DNA of 64,000 nt from Fimbriosthenelais zetlandica (Eukaryota): positions 15,934,001-15,998,000 of the forward strand of contig OZ365115.1 of the NCBI GenBank assembly GCA_977030845.1, in the 5' to 3' direction. Shown piece after piece: positions 38,249-52,495 of the stretch; position 1 is the first letter of the stretch; each line of letters opens with the position of its first letter. Below the pieces are notes generated by a model, which was not told where the DNA came from, did no database searches, and worked only from the letters and a program-made list of their open reading frames with translations. The position numbers were made by a program, and so were the translations under genes.

Positions 38249-41200
38249 GTCAGTCAGTTAATATATGTACATGCTTGTGATTTGGCGGTTCTGGATTTGG
38301 GGGAGCATATAGGCATAATAATCTACCTGTTTATAACGAACTAAATATAAAGTATAGGTTATACCCGAGGTTATATATGGAGCTTAATTCTTATATTGAA
38401 GAAGGAAATACCATACAATGGATAAGCCCTCAAAAGCTCAATTTTGATTATTGAATTCCACGAAGACAATTATCAGTTATATCAGTTATCAGAACGGGAA
38501 TCTAGTGTTTATATGCACTTGCCTCATTGGCAGATACTGATTATGGAGACGGGATCGTGTGAAAAGAAACAGAATTTTTGCCTCTTGTCTCAAGGAGTGA
38601 CTACGCTTTTAGGTTGCTGATGTAAAGAATTCATTCTCCTTATCATCTACATATGCTTACCCCTCACTCACCTCTACCCCCTCCCCTCCCAGCACTAGGT
38701 GAACTCACAGTGAGTTGCAAGATAACGGAAGATAAGGTAGTTATAGTAGACTTGTCATTAAATTATGCCTTAATTCTATGTGAAATATGGGATGTAAATG
38801 TTTGAGCATATTACTGCATTCCATAGACCCAACCGTTTCATAATAATAAAATAATACTGACGAATTATATTCTGACCAAATCTACTCATATAAATTCAGT
38901 TTAAAATGAAATTTCTCGCTTAGAGATCCTATAAATCCTTTAACTCCAATACTGCGCAACTCGACTTGCTATGCATCTGTAACTTTATGAAATGGGGCTT
39001 AGAGCTCGTCTAATGTTCTCCCGAATAGGTCCCCTTGTGTGACGTCACGTCCTTAAAACGGACAGTCCTCGTTACCACAGTCACTTATTCAAACTTCCCC
39101 TTTGTCAATTTATTAATTTCTTTTTAAAAATACAACGGCACTTACGTCCACAATATCAATATAATAATACATACGAGTACGTTTATTTCGGAACAATATC
39201 TACAAATAAAAATCACATTTGAAAATCCCCCCTAAAATGAAAGAACGACTGCAATCACCTGATATTCTCAGATCTGAATTATACTTCCTCTTTGGTCAGA
39301 TTAGTATAGACAAGGAAGGAGATAGTTGGGCATTCAGGCTTTTACGTGAAATAGTTCCACATTTTCCAAATTCTCACAGCATTTCAAGGATGGTGGATTA
39401 TGATAGGTATGACACATTGATTAGCACAGTAAGTGGGTTATTACTTGTCTAGTTTCGTTTTACTGAATGTTGGTCTTGGGATGGACGATTTGCATGGCCT
39501 CCTTATAGGTGTATGCTTGCAGACATAATTTTGGGATGGGCATGTCAGGGGCCATTACTTTTGGGGCTGATTATTCTTTGAATATCCTCCTTGATAAATT
39601 CAGTGATCTTAATTAAATATAAAAATATCATAGCAGATACCATAACACTAGGTATTTTTATGTAATGGCACCTGGAATTAGAACCCTTAAACAAATTAAA
39701 TACTATATAGAAAGGTTTAATCAGTTACTTTGAAAATACATTATGTACGTTATAATGTGGACAGGTAAAATAGTAAACAATAATTCAACGGCTATATTAA
39801 TTATTGTATATGTTTTATTATTAGTAATCTTTTTGTATCAGGACCGCCTGAGAATACACCGAATGGTGATATCTAATGGTTTTTCTTTTAAAAAAAGTGT
39901 CCTTGTCTAAATAAATAAAAAAAAAAATAATCGAGAAATCAATAATTTATCAATTAACGGACATCATGAATAAATTCTTATAGAATTTATAGCGTGCCAT
40001 ACAATTAATTTACTTTTTATTAATTAATTAAATTTATTTTTAATGTACCTTTCTCTATGCGAAACATTCCCGCCATGCAGGAAGCTGTATAAATGAACCC
40101 TTGGTGCGTAACAGACAGAGTCAGGTAGAACATATAATTATCAAGGAAATGCCTTCTTTGTCATTTATCCTTCAAATAAGCCAAGTAAAGTGTGACCTAT
40201 TTCCTCCAAAGTTCAGATCCCCAATCTCTATTGAGAAAATATATATTTTCCTTCTAATTGTATAGCAATTTGGATTTTTTTTTTTTTAATTTAGGATATT
40301 TATACTGCGAACAAAGGGTCGTAGGAATTGTGAAATATTTCTTCCAAGAATTTTTTCCAAGTGTTATTCTAAGATATAATATAGACAAATAGACAACACA
40401 ATCAGACTCAATCGACTAGGGGCCTATTTCAGAACAACCATTAGCAATGCTGAAACGGGCCCCTGAAACTGTACCCAACTTGCAGGAGATTGAACCCAAT
40501 AATTTTATGCAGGGAAAAATACCATATTATCCGTATAAAACTGCAGGAGCGAGCCAAATCACATCGCATTTGGCTCCTGTATATTTATATAAGTGCTTCT
40601 TTAAAATCAACGTTGTCGCAAGCAGACATTTTTCATGGCAAATTCTTGAAACTTTTCCAAAATAGGCTAATTGGTGATAGCTTTCTCTGCTTAAAGTATA
40701 ATTAAATATAATTAACATGTTATTTTAATTATAATTAAGTTTCATTCAGATCCATTTGAAAATAGAATAGACGGGCGTGATCCTCCAAAATTAAGATGTT
40801 TGTGAATGAGAGTAGAATCTTGGTTAAGGGTATAGTCTTAATTGATCTGTGGGAAACTGGATCATTGTAAAAGGACGCCGCTGTGGAATGAAGTTATGTT
40901 TGAAGGAATGTCGTTTGCATTCCAGTGCTTCGGGGATCTTTCTGAACGATTTCTGTCGCAGTCTAGAACCCTGCATCTTCTGGACCACGAGATAAAACAG
41001 CTCAATTATCGAGAGTCAAAATGAATCAGTGTTTTCCGACCAAGCCAGGATGGGCTTAACATAATAATTATGACTATACATACATGTCTGTGTCGCCCAA
41101 CTGTAATTTTTTTTAAGACACGCCTCTTGGAAATCTATTTAGAGACCTAAAAAGGGGCGTGTCTCATACTGTACATGTTATCCAAACTATTGGGTTTCAA

Positions 41201-44200
41201 CCAATCATAGAATATGATATTACCATCTTTGCGCGCATCCCTAATTTTCCCAGGGGATTGTATTTAGTTGCTTAGTCAATTAATATCAATTTGCAAAAGA
41301 AACCTAGCGGATCTATGATCATATTAGTTTATTTATGTTATTATTGGAGATTGGAAAGTCTAATATTATATAGCTTCTGAGCCAAATTTTTAGGGTTCTT
41401 TATAGAACGGGTTTATTAAAACATTTTTTCGGTGACAAAATGTTTGGTCTTAACACTAACACAAATCTATAATGGGCATGAATATTTTTAGACTTTAAAA
41501 TTAAGCCCAGTGTCAGCTGTAGACCTAAGGTGCGCCCACCTTCACATGTAGGACTAGACATGTACATGTATACGTGGCAAGAATAACGTACAGATCGATG
41601 TACACAAGTGAGAGTTTCTGTCTTTCATCTCATTTGCATAAATCTGCATATTGACGAATCGCACCCCCCTATCTTGACCAATGATAATCTCATACTATTC
41701 CCACATAATTATTAAACTTTGAACACGAGCATAACATTAATCTCCCCCAAAACATTTTTTAATTAAAGTAACAACACCAGATGCAATGTTAAATTTAATT
41801 TTGCTTTGTAACATCTGTGTTGCCTGGACTTTTAAAAACTGGTCCCGTTCTGTGATAATCCAAGATGGCGGATTGCAAAACCTGGCTTCTAACCACTCCC
41901 TATGCCCTCCTCCATAAAAGGCGTTGGAAATTGTTTGATTTCTTTTTATCAAGAAAGGTAATTAGAGGAATCCGAATTAACGTAAGGTGACTATAAACTT
42001 AGTAATCAATATTTTGACTGAGTGTAGCCTTTTCAGTAAACGATCGAACGTTTCTAATTTGTTAAGACCCTTGCATGGCTCGAGTTGTCGCGTCTTTTAC
42101 ATTTAAACTCTAGCCTACCCATTTTTGTTTAAATTTAAGTTTCCGACTGTATAAATTATTCATGTTTTACATGATACACGAATGTAACAAGAACATCACG
42201 TTTCTGGACAATAGGAAGTCCTCAATGAACTTATTCCCGGTACAAAACCTAAGCTGTTTTCTAACATAGCCGGTGTGTCTATACAGTTCTTATCCCCCAA
42301 ACCGCGGCATGTATAGCTGCGGGAACCGGGACAAGATATTTGAGACAAATTTATGGGTATTTCACGAAAGTTATTTCAATTCACTGATTTCATGCATGTC
42401 TATAGTTTGTGCAGGTTTTGGTAAAACTTCGCCAACTTTTGGAATTCCCAGCCAGATTTAGTTACTATAGTAGCTATTTTAGCTACTATACTAGGCCTAT
42501 ATAGCCAAATATTTTTGAGTTCCCCAATTCAACAAGAATACAATTGCTTTTTAGCTAAAATTTGCAAGTGAAGGATGCACGTTTTTATATTAGATCTATA
42601 TCCTCAAGGACATGTTCTCAATATTTGATTTTTAGGGAAGTTTTCTATCATTCACACAATTATAAAATGACGGGTAAATACCTTGTGATTTTTTAAAAAA
42701 CGATTACGACAATTTATTTTTGAAACACGACTCAATTTTCAGAGACCCTTAGTTTCATAAAAATTGGTTATATCTTTCCGGATTAATTGCCACATGCAGC
42801 GTTTCAAACCCAGCTTCTTGGGTAATATTCTTCCAACAACAACAATACAAGAATTAAAATCACGGAATGAATTTTAGAGTTTCTTCTATAAAGATCGCTA
42901 ACTACTGTTTAAATGAAGTTCATCTGTTAATGACATATTACAGCCAGTGTTTTTTTCTAACCGTTTTCTTCTAAATTTTTTTTTATCAAAGGTCGCCAAG
43001 ACATACATGCAAACTAAAGACCGCCTTGAGAATTCTATCCCCCGACCGACCGCTTCCCTCCCCGTATAGCAAGCATGCCCTCCTCCGGGACCCCTCGGTC
43101 TCTTAATTTTTATGTAAAAAGAAAAAACAACCACAAAACGGTTAAAATAATCCATATTAAAGTCTTATTTTAATTTGACTTTACGAAATATGGTTGGTTT
43201 CTGATTCATATTTTTCCATGTTTTTCCCAAGTTGATCTCCATCTTTCAAAGAAAATGACAAATGATATATATAGCAGATTTAGACTGTCTGTTTAGAGTA
43301 TATTTTTGTCTGCTGGAGTGTGCATTTTTTTATAGTGACCAAATTAAAAACTCGATCGGGAAATATTCCGTTTTGATATGAAGAATGAATTACAAATAAA
43401 CAAGAAATGACATGATGTGTTGAATTACGGTGTCCCTAGATGCTGCAGACATATTCATATCAATGTCCTCATCAAATGACCAAATATTATCATATAAAGA
43501 ACCTTCTTATTCTTAGTTACAAAAACAAGGAAGGCGTTTTAGATTACATAGCTAAACATTTCCTTCTGCAGAGAAATAAGCGCCGGTTTACCAGGCTAAC
43601 ATTCCTGTAATATAGGAAAGGGAGAGAAAACAGCAAACAAAAACAATCAGGGACTCTCCAGAAGACATCAAAGCAATATATTAAAAAAGAGAATAGTGGG
43701 TTTACAGATAGATGAAAGATGGTTGCCTGAATGAAAACTGTTTATAAACTATTAATTTTATTTTTTTTACTAGCATAATAATACTTGTTCTTTTATGAAG
43801 CTCTAATGAAAGTGTTCCATTTGCAAAATGAATAGAATTTGACTCAATATATATAGGAATTGCCATTACCAAGTTGTAAAGTGATGCGGTTTAATTCCTG
43901 CATAGTAATGGGGCTTTTCATGTCATATAACCCCATTGCATGGAATGCATATGCACATGTATATAACAGACCTATATTTTTTAGTGTTATTCCCACATGA
44001 GCAAGATCTCTAGAATCAAAGACACGACCTCGACATGGCTAATTTGCTTGGAGTTAGATAACATCAAGTTATTGCCAAGGTAACCAGTTTTGCCAGGCAA
44101 TTTACATGTCGAATACATGTATTATCTGTTGTGCTCTGTATATATAAAATTTTATGTTCGATAAATTCAAATATAAATTATGTATTACCCCCAATGTGAC

Positions 44201-47200
44201 ACCATACTTTGTCAAAATTATAACGTTCCTGTCATGATTGTTGGCATACGTCTTTCTTCTCTTTTCTGGACGCAATAATTTATCAGTCACATTTGTGTGA
44301 CTCTCAAGAATAATATTTCACTCATGCGCATATTTTTACTCATTCCCTCTTTCTCCCCCTTTCCTCCAGGGGCCTGTTTCAAAAGGAGTATTAGCATATA
44401 TATATATATATATAATATTATGTCTATGGAGCCCTAATTTTTGTTTTGAAACTGGCTCCATATACTCGACTCCTCGACCTGTACCGGTACCCAAGTATAC
44501 TAAAGTCTAAACTTGTATCGTATCCTCGCCGTACGAACCCCCCCCCCCTATTCCTACTCACATATATACATATACATACGAGTTCTAGGCCTATATCCTC
44601 TTCCTATTTTAAGGAGAAATGATGCATTAATTCTCCTGTTAAGCAAGGAGATCGTGATAGACCACAAAACACTTTTACCGGCTCCTTGGTAATGAATCGA
44701 TGCATTTTATTGCATACATTAATTGGAAAGGAAAGTTCTGCATAGGAACTGAAATTATAAAATTCACTAGGGCCTATAACCCGGGCCTATATGATTATCC
44801 TGTTGATTCGACATTATTCTTATAGGGAGACCCTGAGCAATTATAAAGGCCCCTGGACTGGTGAAGGCCCAGATGTAGTAAGGTTATATTAATCTTTTCA
44901 TTGTAATGCAAACAATCATGCATTTTTTTTTACCACTCCCCACCCATCCCATACTCTTTACTGAAATCCTGGATCTGCCAGTATAGGCCATTATATATTT
45001 TTATAATAATGTATCTCGTAGTCACAATGTATGGATTTGTAATTACATTAAACTGATCATAGAATGGTAGAATGTATATCCACATTTGTGTGGGTATATA
45101 TATACTCAGTCATGACGACAGGGATTCCCCAGACTCGTCCCCTTTTTCATCCATTCTTGTAAGACAGGTGTTTCCCCCTTCAATCTTAATTAGGCCCTAT
45201 GCCCTGCACATTCTTCTACATGATTGTGTACATCGGTCTTTAAATTATGCACTGAAAATCAATACCATACAAAGATAAACACACATTTAATGCAAACAAA
45301 TTTAATGTACAATCAAGGTATACGATATAGGATAAAGGACCGTGTGTTTAATACTATAGGCCCTGCAGTCATTTTCAGGGGGGAAAATGTAAAATTTTTG
45401 ACGCCTTAGGAATGGGCCTCAATATTTTCTCCAATATTTCTACCCTACCTGATGAAATATTAATAGTGTGTGAATAAAATGAAAGAAAAATACACAGTTT
45501 TTCTTATGATACCCGGAAATTAGATACAGATTTGAAGGATGAACTCTATGCAATTCTTTCTACATGCATTTTGGTTCCCTATCCTTTCACTTATATTTAG
45601 ATGGCAATTTTCCAGTGACACGGTAGCAAAGGTGGCGATAGAAACATTTTTTTCAGAGTTAGATTTTAATCGTGACACATAGTCAAACATAACACTTTAC
45701 ACTCCAGCCGGCTTTAATTCTATATTTTTCGTAACTCCATGGAAATCGTTATAGTTTTATATGTAACTATGTCGATGACTGTCACCCTTTGTTACATTTT
45801 TTGCGCCCGAACAGTTCTAATACTTCTCAGACTTTTCGAAAAAAACCCTGAACTGAAAACTTCGGTTACTCATGTCATCAGTGTGTATTTAATGCCAAAC
45901 TTCTTATTTTGAGAAATCACTGAACGATAAATGTTAAATCATTATGTGTTAATACCTTCTAGCTTGAATGGAAGGAATGTCATCTGATCCGACTGTCGTT
46001 TGTGATTATACACGTAGCCTATTTGAGTTTATTTCACCCATATTTTCAATCATTTTCGGCAAATTCCTTGCCTTTCGCCGAAAAATAAATATACTTGCCA
46101 ATTACTAGCTTTATATCATACGACTATTATAATTCCTAACAAAACGACCAACTCTGGGTTGAAAATAATTCACCGACATTCATAATATTATTCGTATTTT
46201 TTTCCAAAATTAACAATTCAGACGTGCATTGATCAGCTGATTTTCACCAAATCATGAGGACAAAAAAAACACATTGTATAATTCATCATCGGGAATTTGA
46301 CATTTATATTACTGTTTTTTTTCTGTGTCATTTTTCCAGGAGCATTCTAATTTCTACAGATTACAATGGAGGGGTGTAACTACCTTTCAGTACAAGGTCC
46401 ACTAACGTGTACGTGTATACATGTACACTTGTTGGCAGGGCCACCTAGTGTGAAATCAAGATACCCGTCCTGGTAGGTCTATGATGAGGCTTAGCCAAAC
46501 TTTGCCTCGCTATCGCTCCCCACTCGCAGCCCCGCTTTTTAGTTGGGATGGGAAGAGAGGGTGTGGTGGATATACCAGTCTATATTGTACATATGCGTTT
46601 CTATCTTAATCCAATGTTTTAAAAGTGCTTAAATCTCCCTGTAGTAGCCTACATCAGCTAGGTTACCATTGTTACAACCTACCACGGAAGCCTGGGCGCA
46701 GTGCTACCCTCTGGTGTGAGCTAACGTAACCTCTTCGGCCGCAGAGCAAATAATTCAACTTTCAAACACCAGGTGGAGAGAGAGTGAGAAAAAGCGAAAG
46801 AAAGAAAGACAGAGAGGGAAAGGGAGGGAGAGGCAGAGAGAGAGAGGTAGATGGAGANNNNNNNNNNNNNNNNNNNNNNNNNNNNNNNNNNNNNNNNNNN
46901 NNNNNNNNNNNNNNNNNNNNNNNNNNNNNNNNNNNNNNNNNNNNNNNNNNNNNNNNNNNNNNNNNNNNNNNNNNNNNNNNNNNNNNNNNNNNNNNNNNNN
47001 NNNNNNNNNNNNNATGATCTCGATCCCTCCTTCCTTCTATACCTGCCCCTATAACAGTCTCTCCCCTCACTATCTTACCCCCCCTCCCCTAACACACCTT
47101 TTCTTACAAAAATATTGACAGACTGCAATAATTAACACTCTGTCCTACCCTATTATATCTTTCCATCGGATCCCACGCGTCATAAACATTTTAATGTAAA

Positions 47201-47930
47201 ATATTTTTACTCTACTCACCCCCAGGTCCTTTGTGTATATGACAGTCCGAGATCTCCTTCTTTTTCATGACTGATTCCTTGGCTTTCGCTATTTTCTTAA
47301 TGTCCTTTTTATTCACAACAACACTTGCACACCTCTCGTGTTTCTTTCTTGTACATTCTGGGTTACATCTCTCTTTTCCTGCATTGTCATCTGAAAACAA
47401 AAGCTAACTCAAGCAAATGTGTCTCATCATCTCCCTTCTATATTAGAAAAATACCAATTTTAGGTGTAGGCCTACTTCATAGATTTAGGGCAACATAGAG
47501 ATCTTTCATACATCTATCCCCCACCAATTCAATAGCAAATTCCTGGATCCGCCCATGGGGTTGGCTTTCTGATTTCTTCCCTCCCGAATTCAAACCCAAA
47601 GCGAACCCCAAACCCCACACCTCCGCCGTCTGGATTCACCAATAATTGCACTTTTTTTTATAAACCTACCATCGTTAAATTGATGCCTGAAGAAATCGTC
47701 CACATTGTCTGGACCGAGATCGACCAGCACCAACTCGCCCCCTTGCGGTGATTCCAGCGCCACCACCAGTGGTGGTGTTTCAGCTGGAGTACGAGAGATG
47801 GCGCCACCGTGCATGGCATCGCACATCGATGGCGAGGCCAGCATCGCGGGCGAGGGAGGCTCGCTGTCCTCACTGCTGGAATAGCACGAGTTTTGATCAC
47901 ATATCCTCGTGTATTCTTCATCCTGCCATT
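36805..47930 (-). CDS. ETS-B: second ESE-like ETS transcription factor (supported exons; N-terminus unresolved)
   Basis: Exons (minus): 47670-47930 (phase 1-1), 47220-47390 (1-1, Lys-rich), 37879-38071 (1-2, ETS core), 36805-37483 (ETS wing plus acidic tail). Phases are consistent and the layout mirrors ETS-A. Linking the 47-kb exons to the ETS exon across a 9.1-kb intron containing an N gap is inference. Confidence 0.75.
37879..38071 (-). CDS. ETS-B ETS domain core exon
   Basis: Acceptor ttttttcag, donor AG|gtttgt; GNGRKLWEFLLSLLCDPQYNPTMVKWLDVRQGIFTFTDSRAAACLWGQRRGHYDMSYEHMSRAIR. Confidence 0.95.
39800..39930 (+). mobile_element. Probable LINE 3' tail remnant
   Basis: caggaccgcctgagaata...ggtgatatctaatgg...aaataaataaaaaaaaaa resembles an A-tailed non-LTR element 3' end (from memory). 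Confidence 0.35.
46858..47013. other. Assembly gap (156 N) next to a GA-rich tract
   Basis: Run of N inside the putative long ETS-B intron. Confidence 1.
47220..47390 (-). CDS. Probable ETS-B basic pre-ETS exon
   Basis: Acceptor ttttgttttcag, donor G|gtgagt; 171 nt, phase 1-1; Lys-rich, similar in size and position to ETS-A exon 6 (174 nt). Confidence 0.75.
47670..47930 (-). CDS. Probable ETS-B linker exon
   Basis: Acceptor tatatttcag, donor G|gtaggt; 261 nt open frame (EWQDEEYTRICDQ...FFRHQFND), GC-rich relative to flanks. Confidence 0.75.
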
Positions 47931-50900
47931 CTGAAATATATTAATTAATGTAGGCTATAAAAATAATGCAGATCTCTCTAGAATCCTCACATCTCTCTAA
48001 TAAAAATAGCGATTTAAAAAAAAAAACAATGATAGCCTATATAAGGCTGAGCTGGTAGTAAAATGGGATGGCATTATTATGACCTTGCTTGAAAAATATT
48101 ATTATGCAGACGTCATAAATTATTTTATTGGCAAATTCCTTAGCCCTTTTGTACAAGTAAATCGCCAAGAATTATGTGTACCACACCCTGAATATCAATC
48201 ATGACTATGGGAAATATCCCGGAATTAAATAAGCCGTGAGGGGTCTATATATTTAAGTCCTAAGCAAAATCCCCCAACTACTTTTTTAGCCGTGACATTT
48301 TTCACAGTGTAGGTCTTTTGATTTTCCTATTTCGGGTGAAGCGTGAATTATTGCCCTTGGGGTTAAACATCCTTAGTTGGCATTCACAGTGATAACTGAT
48401 ACTTGAATAATAAATTTGGAACAGAAAAAATTTATCAGAGCTAATAAAGAAGTAGAGCTCTGTATCGGCCAAGTAATTCAAATAATATTGTAAAGTTTAT
48501 AATGATTACAATGACTATTAAGATATAATTTAACCTATAGGCCTATATACGAATTCGTTTACGGTGGTGACGTCCTAGATTTTACGTTCTCCTGATCGGG
48601 CTGCATGCCATTCTTCATACATCGAAGGTCCAACCGTGGAATTGCCATTTGCACGGTTACACGGTCCTTTTAGCAAGGCAATTAAATGTGAAATTTCTGT
48701 ATTCCTTTGCCAAATGCCAAAAACCACCAGGATTTTCAATGTTCATGTCCAACTCCCATATGCCATATGTTTATATATAATATACATGTATGTATGTACA
48801 TGGGATTTGACGCACAGATTCTGGAAACTGCCTTTCGTAGAAAGCACAGCTAAATATCATTATATGGGCCAATTAATTAATAGGAGACTCAGAAATACTG
48901 AATATCTCTATACCACAGAGTTGACTCTCTGCTTTAACTAATATAACCAACTTAAACTCAAGTGGTTCTTGGCAAAACAACTTGATACATGTATAAATAT
49001 TGCAATTGACGCATACATGTCTGTGGTTAGAGTACCAAGAGTATTTAATATACATACATTGCGACACATTGAGAAATTAATTTCAATGGTGACGTTACCA
49101 TTTGCCCCTCAAATATCACTTTCAGAGTGGCAAAGAAAGGCGGAAAAATGTTAATTCTACAGAGAATCTGTACGGGGGTACACTAAAATGATTGTTTCAT
49201 GTACATGTATGCAAAATAATTCTGTTGCTACTCTTGACCTTGATTATATCTTGTTACTTTCTCACTATTTCTCTTCTCTTGCTCCCCTCCTTCTTTTCCC
49301 ATGTCTCCATAATCTTTTCCCATGTCTTCAACTTGGCATTTCGTCCTAATTCCAGATTCTATTTCTTCTATAACACTAACTTTCTCTCCGACCTCCTCTC
49401 ATCTGTGCTCTCTTTAACTCATTCTATACTTCCCCTTTGGTTTTTGGTAGCCAGATTTTCGTGTCCACAGTTGCGACAAATATTTGATTAGACTCACGTG
49501 AGTTTCATGTAGAATAGCTTCTTCATGGCAGATAGAGTCCTTTTGTAAGGATGTATTTTGGTCATATTTGTAGAAGAAGAACATTGTTTTCTTAACTTAA
49601 CCATATAGAGATGAATTATTTGACAGTAGTCAACAGCACATGGAGGATGACCTCCAATGAAAATCCACTGACAAATATGGTCTTTTCGAAACATTAATTT
49701 ATTGGACAACATTAATTTATTTTTAATTAAGGGCTTTAATAAGGGACTTTCTGTTTGCCCCACTCTCTTTCGTATGGTGTCGGACGTTACAATTTTTAAC
49801 GCTTCATAAGAAAGAATGGATACCAAATAAAGTAAGATATTCCATGGGAGAGAGTCAGTGGAAGTTCAAAGAGCAGTTCTAATATCCACACCGATGTGAA
49901 TACAATAAACCCGATGTCTGTTAGAAGGAACCTTAAAGGCAGAGCCCTGCAGTTCCGTCCCTTTCAATCACGATCATACGTGAGCATTGCTAACTTTTTA
50001 ATACAGATTCATCTTAACGGAATCTTTAAGGAAGGGGTGACTATTAGTATTACAAGCGTTAAAATCTTCCTCATCTATGTTCGAGAGTGAATCCATATCT
50101 TGAGGCAGCGTTATTGCATGGTGACACAAGACCTCAAGGCATTTTATATTTCCAGCTCAATTTCCGGAACAGATAATAATGTTAATTATTCTTAATTAAG
50201 CATAATTCGTCTCGTCATTTTCATGTGAAAATTGAATGGAAAGAGAAAGTGTTCACTGCAAAATATGAAAACAACCGATGATAATAATGAAAGCCATTTC
50301 TCTTGATATTTTCTTGCAAAGATACCATGATAAGTTTCCATGATAACGTGCCGGAGTTGGGATGATGGCCTATCATGATGCTATATGTCATGTTTATGGT
50401 GGGTAATGTCAATATGTCGGCAATTAAAGTGACATTTTGTCAAGGTAATTAGGGGATTTTGACTGTTTATTTTGACGTTTGGCCTCATATGTCAGAATCC
50501 GGATTAAACTTCTAACCCCATTCTGGACGTTTTTCTCAAAATTTTCCCGTCTATCAATCGTAAACGTCAAGAAATGACACGTGTTTTGCTTTGATGGATA
50601 AGGCAAATATGATATTACAAATTGGGATTGGCACCATTCCACCATGTCATTATTCAATTATACCACTTACTAGGCGATTATAGGCACCCTATTAAATTTA
50701 ATGATATGGCAATTGAGTTAAAGACGAGAAAGATAGAAAGAGACAAAAGAAGGAGATAAAAGGTGAGGACCCGAGAAAAACAGAGTATGAGACAACTGAG
50801 ATAGAGAGAGCGAGAGCGAGAGGGAGTGAAAGAGAGAGAAAGAGAGAGAGAGAGATAGATAGAGAAAGAGAGAGAGAGAGAGATGGAGAGAGAGAGACAG

Positions 50901-51004
50901 ACAGAGACAGAGATAGAGAGCGTGATAAAGAGCGAGAGAACCTTTTCTTCTACTTTTTAACTGAAAAAGCTTTCTTGCAGCATTATGTACACAGATCGGA
51001 TTAA

Positions 51005-51217
51005 GCCTGGAACACACTAATCGGATTCTTCAATCCGTCGCCATCCGGTACCCTATTTCTAATGGCTTCCAATGATTGAAATTTTGTCAGCGGTTAGCCT
51101 TACCTACATAGGTGTAAAGGCCTGTTCAAATTACAAGCATTTGGTGTGAAAAGAAATATAGTTTGGGACAGGTATCGGATGGAGCCAGATAGAGAATCGG
51201 ATTAGTGTGTTCCAGGC
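51005..51217. mobile_element. MITE flanked by TTAA
   Basis: TIR GCCTGGAACACACTAATC / GATTAGTGTGTTCCAGGC with TTAA on both sides (51001-51004, 51218-51221); superfamily uncertain. Confidence 0.8.
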
Positions 51218-51546
51218 TTAATGCGAAGTCTATGGCTAATAATATCAGTTTTGAAATAGCTGGAATTACCCCAACTCATACTATCCAACCGTCCTTTAAA
51301 AACGTTTCGAATCAATATAACAATTAATATATATGCCCATAAAAATCGATAATGGACATATTACACCTGTCCAGAGCCTGTTTCAAAATATATATTAGCA
51401 ATGCTAAGTCTATGACTATAATTTTCGTTTTGAAGCAGGATCATTGAATACCCGCCACCACTATATAGAATAAAAGAGTGACTTACTTGTGTTATAGCAC
51501 TTTGCCGGTGGAGGTGAAAGTGACAGCTGTTTTTCTGCTCGCTCAC

Positions 51547-51624
51547 CTCGACTGTCTGTAGATAAATGATTGCTGAGGTACATGTATGAAGCTTCCTCCA
51601 TGCCCCCTTGTACGGGTGTAATAC
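51547..51624 (-). CDS. Candidate ETS-B start exon (MEEASYMYLSNHLSTDSR from ATG 51601)
   Basis: Strong acceptor tttcttttaacag and donor GAG|gtgagc; the ATG frame ends in phase 1, compatible with exon 47670-47930 (452-aa model). Could instead be a UTR exon. Confidence 0.45.
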
Positions 51625-52495
51625 CTGTTAAAAGAAAACGAAATAGTCATTTTTACTCGAGAATACCCCCCTGAAATTAAATACTATTTTATAATGTAAA
51701 AGACAGTCCCTCTGAAACAGGGTTGATCTATAGATATGTGATCTCAGATAGTACACATTCTTTATGGATTTTGTTTAATTTTTTCTTCAGCTTCATTCTG
51801 AAGATTTACAGTTCCTGCCTATTAAATATGTTGGGCTTTATGAGTTGGAATATGCATAGGACAGTGGTAGATGTCCTTTTGAATTGCAAGAAATATTGCA
51901 AGAAATTATACGCATCCTCTCGGAGAAATATTACATTTCTTGATGATCTCAGAATGAATGTATTCTATTAAAATCTAGAATGCCAAATAATTGAATTATT
52001 AAAATAAATTATAAACTACCGTTCTCATTTGATATATGCATGCCTATATCACTTTCAGTCCAATGCAGAAATAGTTAGAAGGTAGATTTCCAATGACTAC
52101 AATTAAATGTGTGTATACAGCAAATTCACAGTAGATGCCCTGCGTTGGCAATTAATTCCACTACAAACTGACAGATTTGTGGTTAGGCCAAATGTTAATG
52201 TCTCTTCCCCGTGTCTCCAGATACGATCGACTGAACCAAAAAGCCCCAAATTCCCTTCTTTTGTAGGTGGGTCCGTTCCGCTTGCCTACCCTCCTTCTTT
52301 CCCTCTTCGGGGTTGCTGATACGTATGGTATATTTCCACTGACTGTGCATTACATATCACATACTGTTATATTGAAGAAAAGTTCTGCTCTTAAATGAAT
52401 TTAAGGAGAGGTAGGCTATGCATGGCAAAAATGAATAGTCTATATAGGGAAATTAAAAGATTGGTGACAGCGTAATTTGTATTATGCATTAAAGT

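Noticed and set aside
46762-47070. ORFs containing X runs
   Set aside because: They span the assembly gap.
49494-49826. 110-aa ORF ending at a gtgagt donor as an ETS-B coding exon
   Set aside because: Its phase does not join the 47930 acceptor and the translation has no recognisable features; may be a UTR exon.
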